64,000 bases of DNA. Origin: Octopus vulgaris. Taxonomy: Eukaryota. Below, in pieces: positions 59,801 through 64,000 of the stretch. Location: the NCBI GenBank assembly GCA_951406725.2, contig OX597814.1, forward strand, positions 216,008,001 to 216,072,000. The letters run 5' to 3'. The position numbers and the translations under genes were made by a program. The notes beneath the pieces are model-generated. The model worked only from the letters and a program-made list of their open reading frames with translations. It searched no databases and had not been told where the DNA came from. Every line of letters begins with the position of its first letter. Position 1 is the first letter of the stretch.

Positions 59801-60875
59801 AACCTCACTCATGATGCTGCTACAATAAAACAGACCCAATCCACCGTGTAAAATGGTTGGTGAATGAAGAGAGACAATGCAGACCCAAGAGGAGTCTTTA
59901 GTGTTGTTGAGGACATGACAACCTCTCTAGTGCTCGTGCCATGACAGAAAAACTCACCAATACAGACAGTAAAACACAGAAATATGTTTTAATATAGTCT
60001 TATTTATCAGTCACATAACTGTTGTTAGGCCATGAGGCTTTTTTCCTTCTATTTATATATAAAAGTGTCCTGTTCATCGATATCTTCTGCTTCCTTCCAA
60101 TGATAACTTGGAAGAACAAATATTAAACAGGATGCTGACATTTGCTTTATGATTCTCACACAACATGCATAAGGTTCTCTTCAAACATTAACTGTTTCAA
60201 TAAATCAAATACATATGAATAATACTTACTAAATGTGAGGAGTTTACACCCCAGGGAGGTAATGCCAGATGAAATACTTTCTTACAGTTGAGGTTATATC
60301 CTTTAGTTATGGCTACTTCAGACGTAGAAATACCTTGAGGATGTTTCTGGCTACATTCAGCTTGTATCTCTGGACCAGCAGCATTGAGAATAAATTTGGA
60401 GATAGAACCATCATTAAGCTGGAGGTGTTTATTGGTGCTGTTAACGATGACATCAACCTACAAAAGTAATTAATGGTAAACAGCTAAGGAACATTCCGTG
60501 GAGAGAAGAGAGATACATTGTTGCAGTTGATATTGTTGTTAAGTAAGGCTCTACAGAATGGCTGTAGTAAGTTTGCGGTTGTTAAAGTTAGCAAAAGATA
60601 TACTCAAGATATCAGATGTGAAGGAAATAAAATGTTTGAGTTTGATTGAGAAAATGTTTTAATTAACTGTAATGATTCCTCATTTGCAAATGAAATAACA
60701 ATTAAATATAAATATGTTAAGTGAATCTATTTACTCACAGATGCATTAGAAATTGAACCAATCATTAGTTGTATTTTGATGCCAGCATTTTCTCCGGATG
60801 CCACATTAGTTCTGGGTGTCATAGGGGGTGCTTTCTGTTGTGGACCAAGAAGGGATGAGTTTGATGATGTGGTTC
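1123..60875 (-). CDS. PARP14: PARP14-like macro-PARP, partial; 16 exons: 3x Macro, acidic linker, KH-like, WWE, ART N-terminal half
   Basis: Hand-spliced exons all have GT/AG ends and compatible phases, giving 2760 nt with no stop. The Macro-WWE-ART order and the motifs [19 protein letters not shown] and LWHGT...[10 protein letters not shown] match the PARP14 family. Exact orthology is not established. Confidence 0.9.
1567..1800 (-). mobile_element. 3' end of the abundant RTE-type LINE/SINE family with (ATG)n tail
   Basis: Shared terminus catcatcat..catgctggcatgggttgga..ctggatgcccttcc recurs many times in the window. Confidence 0.7.
2085..2218 (-). CDS. Start of ART domain (VTPDTWSPM...[22 protein letters not shown])
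   Basis: ctctag / gttagt, 134 nt, phase 1-0; P..W..M and EY...F pattern of mono-ART PARPs. Confidence 0.88.
2356..2440. repeat. Compound (GTA/GCA/GTG)n microsatellite, tail of the adjacent RTE LINE
   Basis: Visible triplet runs at the 3' end of the minus-strand element. Confidence 0.9.
2441..3560 (-). mobile_element. RTE-clade LINE, 5'-truncated (RT C-terminus + C2H2-like tail)
   Basis: ORF 2770..3594 has [21 protein letters not shown]...RIPKQMLYG; downstream frame reads [17 protein letters not shown]. Confidence 0.9.
3895..4108 (-). mobile_element. Mariner-family end fragment
   Basis: Reverse complement of 24520-24740 (terminus ttgg.tcatcccataaataat), abutting a (TA)n run. Confidence 0.7.
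4107..4195. repeat. (TA)n microsatellite
   Basis: Direct observation. Confidence 0.97.
4196..5820 (-). mobile_element. RTE-type LINE, degenerate RT + 3' UTR
   Basis: ORF 5413..5766 [13 protein letters not shown]...ELLYTDDL; family 3' terminus at about 4196. Confidence 0.88.
5900..7020 (+). mobile_element. Same RTE-type LINE family, opposite orientation, internally deleted
   Basis: gtaggggttcaccaaggatcagtc RT segment is the reverse complement of about 5660-5700; ends with a gatgatgat tail. Confidence 0.85.
7429..7798 (-). CDS. KH-like region + WWE domain (..[23 protein letters not shown]..)
   Basis: tttcag / gtacgt, 370 nt, phase 0-1; W...N..LE.AY pattern as in PARP14 WWE; ORF 7406..7675. 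Confidence 0.88.
8345..8985 (-). mobile_element. Penelope-like element, reverse-transcriptase relic
   Basis: Minus-strand translation: [58 protein letters not shown]; contains stops. Confidence 0.85.
9430..10260 (+). mobile_element. Penelope-like element, GIY-YIG endonuclease relic
   Basis: ORF 9707..9979 [26 protein letters not shown]; downstream PGGMN motif. Confidence 0.8.
10428..10590. repeat. (AAT)n microsatellite
   Basis: Direct observation; source of the poly-N/I/L ORFs. Confidence 0.97.
11705..12184 (+). mobile_element. CR1/L2-type LINE 3' fragment with poly(A)
   Basis: ORF 11692..12105 [32 protein letters not shown]; A-rich tail at about 12167-12184. Confidence 0.8.
12764..13015 (+). 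mobile_element. tRNA-derived SINE
   Basis: A-box tggcttagtga, B-box-like gtttcgattcc, then a CORE-like ttgtgttcttgagcaaaacactt segment; flanked by similar tattagctatt sequence. Confidence 0.75.
14150..15200 (+). mobile_element. RLE-type (R4/Dong-like) LINE, degenerate 3' part
   Basis: Translates to [42 protein letters not shown]; (AAT)n tail. Confidence 0.78.
15219..16872 (+). mobile_element. RLE-type (R4/Dong-like) LINE: RT C-terminus, CCHC finger, restriction-like endonuclease
   Basis: HLLYMDDLK; ORFs 15323, 15676, 16186 ([29 protein letters not shown]) and 16472 (KYKDL). Confidence 0.88.
16875..17328 (+). mobile_element. CR1-type LINE 3' fragment with (ATT/AAT)n tail
   Basis: ORF 16932..17225 [21 protein letters not shown]; second copy on the minus strand at about 35540-36020. 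Confidence 0.85.
17490..19420 (-). mobile_element. RTE-type LINE, internally deleted
   Basis: ORF 18211..18810 ([27 protein letters not shown]) plus the family 3' UTR. Confidence 0.85.
19475..20640 (-). mobile_element. RTE-type LINE 3' end with tandemly repeated 3' UTR units
   Basis: ORF 20276..20635 [17 protein letters not shown]; repeated gtg.ttttt(a)tgtgc.acc units. Confidence 0.85.
21586..21776 (-). CDS. Acidic linker + start of KH-like region ([12 protein letters not shown]...[21 protein letters not shown]...TESR)
   Basis: tttcag / gtaagt, 191 nt, phase 1-0; ORF 21511..21798. Confidence 0.85.
22146..22285. repeat. (CAT/CGT)n microsatellite, expanded LINE tail
   Basis: Direct observation. 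Confidence 0.92.
22286..23195. mobile_element. Two RTE-type 3' fragments in opposite orientation
   Basis: Minus-strand copy to about 22650 (tgggtctacctctacca), plus-strand copy after it (agaggtagacccagg). Confidence 0.75.
23205..23916 (+). mobile_element. Mariner transposase relic with 3' end
   Basis: Translates to [45 protein letters not shown]; ends ...gatcagaactcgTA. Confidence 0.88.
24170..24487 (+). mobile_element. RTE-family 3' UTR / SINE-like copy
   Basis: ggcatgtaaaaagcac units and the cggacgttaaacgatgatgat terminus. Confidence 0.75.
24520..24870 (+). mobile_element. Mariner 5' end with transposase N-terminus
   Basis: ORF 24666..24875 [23 protein letters not shown] (mariner HTH); terminus adjoins (TA)n. 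Confidence 0.8.
26849..26903 (-). CDS. Macro module 3, exon D ([18 protein letters not shown])
   Basis: tgacag / gtaaat, 55 nt, phase 0-1; resembles EFDEYL of the micro-exons and bridges phase to the next exon. Confidence 0.82.
27357..27660 (+). mobile_element. Solo LTR, 304 bp, probably Ty3/Gypsy
   Basis: TGTA...TACA ends, 4-bp target duplication AAAT (27353-56 and 27661-64), ATTAAA at about 27581, CpG-rich. Confidence 0.8.
27690..29550 (+). mobile_element. RLE-type (R4/Dong-like) LINE: RT + CCHC region
   Basis: ORFs 27986 ([16 protein letters not shown]), 28272 ([19 protein letters not shown]), 28674 and 28975. Confidence 0.9.
29655..31230 (+). mobile_element. RTE-type LINE, RT to 3' end
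   Basis: [31 protein letters not shown]; ORFs 30328 and 30590; (GAT/GGT)n tail. Confidence 0.87.
31364..31588 (-). CDS. Macro module 3, exon C (..[31 protein letters not shown])
   Basis: tttcag / gttggt, 225 nt; ORF 31355..31585. Confidence 0.92.
31764..31810 (-). ncRNA. Minimal type I hammerhead-ribozyme-like motif
   Basis: Minus strand reads AGACAC-CTGATGA-A-GGCTG-gagggtatat-CAGCC-GAAAC; stem III and cleavage side are degenerate in this copy. Confidence 0.6.
32143..32187 (+). ncRNA. Hammerhead-like motif, second copy
   Basis: agaca-TGATGA-A-GGCTG-gaaggtatat-CAGCC-GAAACGTT-GTGTT; lacks 2 nt at the stem I/C3 junction. Confidence 0.55.
32980..33207 (-). CDS. Macro module 3, exon B ([14 protein letters not shown]...[11 protein letters not shown])
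   Basis: ttgtag / gtaagt, 228 nt, open frame. Confidence 0.92.
33489..33625 (-). CDS. Macro module 3, exon A (..[28 protein letters not shown])
   Basis: ttccag / gtgagt, 137 nt, phase 1-0. Confidence 0.88.
35540..36020 (-). mobile_element. CR1-type LINE 3' fragment
   Basis: Reverse complement of about 16920-17290. Confidence 0.8.
36555..37060 (+). mobile_element. RLE-type LINE 3' end
   Basis: ORF 36600 [20 protein letters not shown]; a longer paralogue lies at 49520-50430. Confidence 0.8.
37147..37174 (-). CDS. Macro module 2, micro-exon D (EFDEYLRNR)
   Basis: taacag / gtaaaa, 28 nt, identical to 50512-50539. Confidence 0.82.
39075..39460. repeat. AT-rich ~30-bp minisatellite (aataaaccttctggctattaattatttt)
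   Basis: About a dozen degenerate units; further units at about 37860-37920 and 40420-40505. Confidence 0.85.
39600..40420 (+). mobile_element. RTE-type LINE 3' fragment
   Basis: ORF 39600..39896; duplicate at 53525-54330. Confidence 0.85.
41865..43222 (+). mobile_element. RTE-type LINE, APE endonuclease + linker
   Basis: [32 protein letters not shown]; duplicate at 55765-57120 (ORF 56294..57157). Confidence 0.88.
43449..43835 (+). mobile_element. tRNA-derived SINE with (CAAA)n tail
   Basis: tggcccagtggttaggg A-box and degenerate B-box; duplicate at about 57347-57732. Confidence 0.75.
43890..45200 (+). mobile_element. RLE-type LINE relic interrupted by a hammerhead-bearing repeat (44055-44290, minus)
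   Basis: KRGIFQG, YRYLGI, INTWAV; the insert matches 31686-31970; duplicate at about 57770-59085. Confidence 0.8.
45507..45734 (-). CDS. Macro module 2, exon C (..[30 protein letters not shown])
   Basis: ttttag / gttggt, 228 nt; ORF 45498..45722. Confidence 0.92.
46346..46573 (-). CDS. Macro module 2, exon B
   Basis: ttgtag / gtaagt, 228 nt, open frame [10 protein letters not shown]...WGVNSSHL. Confidence 0.92.
46855..46991 (-). CDS. Macro module 2, exon A (..[28 protein letters not shown])
   Basis: ttccag / gtgagt, 137 nt, phase 1-0. Confidence 0.88.
49520..50430 (+). mobile_element. RLE-type LINE: CCHC finger + endonuclease
   Basis: ORF 49557 [21 protein letters not shown]; ORF 49965. 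Confidence 0.85.
50512..50539 (-). CDS. Macro module 1, micro-exon D (EFDEYLRNR)
   Basis: Polypyrimidine tract + tacag acceptor, gtaaaa donor, 28 nt, phase 0-1; supplies the C-terminal helix and restores phase for exon A. Confidence 0.82.
51538..52247 (+). mobile_element. Non-autonomous piggyBac-like element, 710 bp
   Basis: TTAA duplicated at 51534-37 and 52248-51; TIR CCCCTTACCC / GGGTAAGGGG; empty site gggctttaatatg at about 38167-38179 in the other duplication unit. Confidence 0.92.
52905..53385. repeat. AT-rich ~30-bp minisatellite, longer paralogue of 39075-39460
   Basis: Same unit, different copy number. Confidence 0.85.
59394..59621 (-). CDS. Macro module 1, exon C (..[31 protein letters not shown])
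   Basis: ttttag acceptor, gttggt donor, 228 nt; SLAFP.LGAG diphosphate-binding loop; overlaps ORF 59385..59609. Confidence 0.92.
60230..60457 (-). CDS. Macro module 1, exon B ([35 protein letters not shown]...[11 protein letters not shown])
   Basis: ttgtag acceptor, gtaagt donor, 228 nt, phase 0-0; macrodomain core. The ORF track shows only the antisense ORF here. Confidence 0.92.
60739..60875 (-). CDS. Macro module 1, exon A (linker + first strand: ..[27 protein letters not shown])
   Basis: tttcag acceptor, gtgagt donor, 137 nt, phase 1-0; paralogous to 46855-46991 and 33489-33625. Confidence 0.88.
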
Positions 60876-61782
60876 CTGAAAATAAACAATTAAACATTCT
60901 TCTCTCTCTCTTAAAAGAACTACTTTATTCCATATAAATAGTAATGATATTCCTTTCTGAAAATAGGATTTAGCAAGAGAATACATGCTAACTTGTAGTC
61001 ACCCCCACCTCCACACACCTTTTATATAGCGACAAGGCTTTATAACGTTATTTCCATCTATTTCTTCTACCAAATGGACTAAAAATACATTGAAGAACAT
61101 ACTTGAAACTTTCAAAGTCTGAAAACAGTGAAACTGGTTAGTAAAATGTGATCTTCCACCTCTTATGAAACGTTTTTGCTTAAAACATTTATTAAAACAG
61201 GCTTCAGATGGTGTAGATTCCACTAAGTTGGGAATTTGGTGAGAAAAAAATGTTTTTGAGGGAGTGAAGAGAGGAGTTTCAGAAAATTCACACAAACCCA
61301 AATTTGTTTCCTCATAACTTTTGGGAAAATGGTTATTTTTAAATGAAAATTTCCACAAATATCTTTCAAGGTGTGTATATTAGGATAATAATGGAATTTG
61401 ATGCAAAAATATAAATTGCTGGGATAGCATACATAAATATTGATACACATCAGATATTTGTTTTTGAGGGGGGGGGGGGGAGTTGTTGTTTTTTACAACA
61501 TATTCCAATAGAATTGGAATTTATACCATCTGAAGCATATTTATAGAAAATTTCATTAAAAAATTATGTTTTTCTTGAAATTATAGGGAAAGAAATCTGT
61601 TGGGACATACATGTATGGGTATGGTACAGGTAATACTCAGACCAGTTGCTGTATATTATTGCATATGTGTGACCAGAAGTCCAAAATAAACATATAATCT
61701 TTAAACTTTAATCAAGGATATATATATATATATACACACACATATATATATACATATATATATGTATATATATATATATATA

Positions 61783-62410
61783 TCATCATCATCATCATCA
61801 TCGTTTAACGTCCGTTCTCCATGCTAGCATAGGTTGGACGTTTCGACCGGGGATCTGGGAAGCCAGAAGGCTGCACCAGGCCCCAGTCTTATCTGGCAAT
61901 GTTTCTACAGCTGGATGCCCTTCCTAACGCCAACCACTCCGTGAGTGTAGTGGGTGCTTTTTACGTGCCACCTGCACAGGTGCCAGGCGAGGCTGGCAAC
62001 GGCCACGGTCGGATTGGTGTATTTTATGTGCCACCGGCACGGAAGCCAGTCGAGGCGGTGCTGGCATCGGCCACGAGTCGGATAGTGCTTTTTACGTACC
62101 ACCAGACCAGGGATCCTGGCTGGTTTAATTCGATTTCGATTTCGCTTGCCCCAACATGTCTTCACAAGCAAAGGGGTTGGCATGGGTGCCTGTCGTACGG
62201 TCGGATTGGTGTATTTTACGTGCCACCGGCACGGAATATATATATATATATATATATGTATGTATATATGGTACATTTTAAAACCTTTCTTGTAATTTTT
62301 CTTTCACCAGATCAGACTGGAGCCTGGTGCAGCCCCTGGCTTCCCAGACCCCGGTCGAACTGTCCAACCCGTGCTAGCGCGGAAAACGGACGTTAAACGA
62401 TGATGATGTA
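61783..62410. mobile_element. Two RTE-family 3' ends in inverted orientation
   Basis: catcgtttaacgtccg (about 61800) versus cggacgttaaacgatg (about 62390); CpG-rich, so probably young. Confidence 0.8.
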
Positions 62411-62702
62411 TATCTCACTCATATGGCAGTGTTGTCTGCTTCACACAATTTACCTGCTTACCACATCACATGACTCAGGCTGATGGTCATGTGAGAAGTA
62501 ATTTCTAACAGGGTAACCTGTTCAAGGAAAGAAACTTGGTTATTCAGTTGAAGAAGGCTTCCAGAGCTAAATGGCCTCTTGTAAATACTTCAGAGTCAGC
62601 CAACGCTATAACTGATGGCTCAACATTATTGGACGTAAGAAAATAAAACTTATTTCAAGAAATTTATCTCTTAAAGAATGATTAGTAGAAAATGTAAATA
62701 AC

Positions 62703-64000
62703 CATCATCATCATCATTGTCATTTAACATCCACTTTCCATGCTGGCATGGGTTGGACGGTTTGACTGAAGCTGATAGGCTGGAGAGCTCTACCAGGTTC
62801 CAGTCAGATTTGGCATGGTTCTTACAGCTGATGTCTTTCCAAATGTCAATCACACTGAGAGTGTAATGGGTGCTTCTACATGCCACCGGCATGGGTGTCA
62901 TTTTGTGCAACACCAGTATCTTCCACGACTGCAATTTTGCTCGGCATGATGGGTCATATTCTCAAACACAACATAATGCCAAAGGTCTCAGTCATTGCCT
63001 CTGTGGGCCCAACACTCGAAAGTAACTCAGCCACTTTGCCTCCATGAGGCTGAATACTAAAGTGGAACTCAGCCACTTTGTTTCTGTGAAGCTCAATGCT
63101 TGAAAGGAACTCAGCTAATTTGCCTCTGTGAGGCCCAAAGTTCAAAAGACGTTCTTTATGTTCCACTGGCATGGGTGCACATAGCTTGAAGGGGTCCTCT
63201 CAAGCACAGCACATCACTAAAGGTCTCGGTCACCAATCATTGCCTCTGTGAGGCTCAAAGTTTGAAGATCGTGCTTCACCACCTTGTCCCATGTCTTCCT
63301 GGGTCTACTTCTATCACAGGTTCCCTCCACAGTTAGAGATTGGCACCTCTTTACACACCTGTCCATATGCATCACATGACCATACCAGCACACCTCATCT
63401 GATTCCTCTTATGCCTAACTTTTCTCTCAAGATGCTTACACTCTGTCGAACATGCATACTGACATTGCACATCCAGTGAAGCATACTGGCTTCATTTCTC
63501 TCAAGCCTACACATGTCCTTGGCTGTCATAGCCCATGTTTCACTGCCATGTAGCATAGCTGTTCACTCACAGGCTTCATACAATCTGCCTTTCACTCTGA
63601 GGGAGAGGTCCTTTGTTACCAACAGAAGCAGGGGCTCTCTGAACTTTGCCCAGCCTAATCTTATTCTCACAGCTATACTCTCAGAACATCCACCTCCACT
63701 ACTAACTTGGTCACCTAGGTAACCGAATCTATCTACTACCTCTAACCTGCAGTTGATGGAGTCTATTTTCTGTGCATTTTCAGTGTTTATTGTACCTGTG
63801 CACCTTCCACATACAAAAGTTAATTTCTCTGTTAACCTTCCTTTGTGTCCAAAGATTACAATGGGTGCAGCTTATGGAGTTTCTACCTACACCTTTTCTA
63901 CAGACTGAGCAGGGCCATCTACCTGAGAGGATTTGTGATCTGTCTGCCTTCCTACTTACTATGACTTTGGTTTTTGCTAGGTTAACTCTAAGGCCTTTTG
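62703..64000 (-). mobile_element. RTE-type LINE running off the window end
   Basis: Collinear with 4200-5490. Confidence 0.85.

Larger units (their letters stand above)
46717..60600. repeat. Segmental tandem duplication, unit 2 (about 13.9 kb)
   Basis: Paralogue of 33351-46716; differs by a piggyBac-like insertion, two indels of about 1.27 kb, and repeat-length changes. Confidence 0.95.

Noticed and set aside
62545-62580. ttgaagaaggcttccagagctaaa as another hammerhead (also ccgatga near 10226)
   Set aside because: Core nucleotides (C3 or U4, GAAA) are missing; too degenerate to support

Overview
AT-rich, repeat-dense eukaryotic genomic DNA; the repeat families suggest a cephalopod such as Octopus (inference). 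One spliced gene spans almost the whole window on the minus strand: a PARP14-like macro-PARP (ADP-ribosyltransferase). I reconstructed 16 GT-AG exons by hand (60875 to 1123; 2760 nt, about 920 codons, one open frame). They encode three tandem Macro2-like domains, an acidic linker, a KH-like region, a WWE domain and the start of the ART catalytic domain (WHGT motif). The gene continues beyond both window ends. The middle macro domain arose from a recent 13.4-13.9 kb intragenic tandem duplication (about 33351-46716 and 46717-60600). Its junction maps inside a 281-bp intron, so that domain is a chimera of its two neighbours. Introns hold RTE, CR1, RLE-type (R4/Dong-like) and Penelope-like retroelements, mariner and piggyBac relics, tRNA-derived SINEs, a CpG-rich solo LTR, and a tRNA-headed repeat carrying a minimal hammerhead-ribozyme motif. 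Most ORFs in the supplied track are retroelement debris or microsatellite translations. Exon coordinates were counted base by base; most repeat boundaries are approximate.
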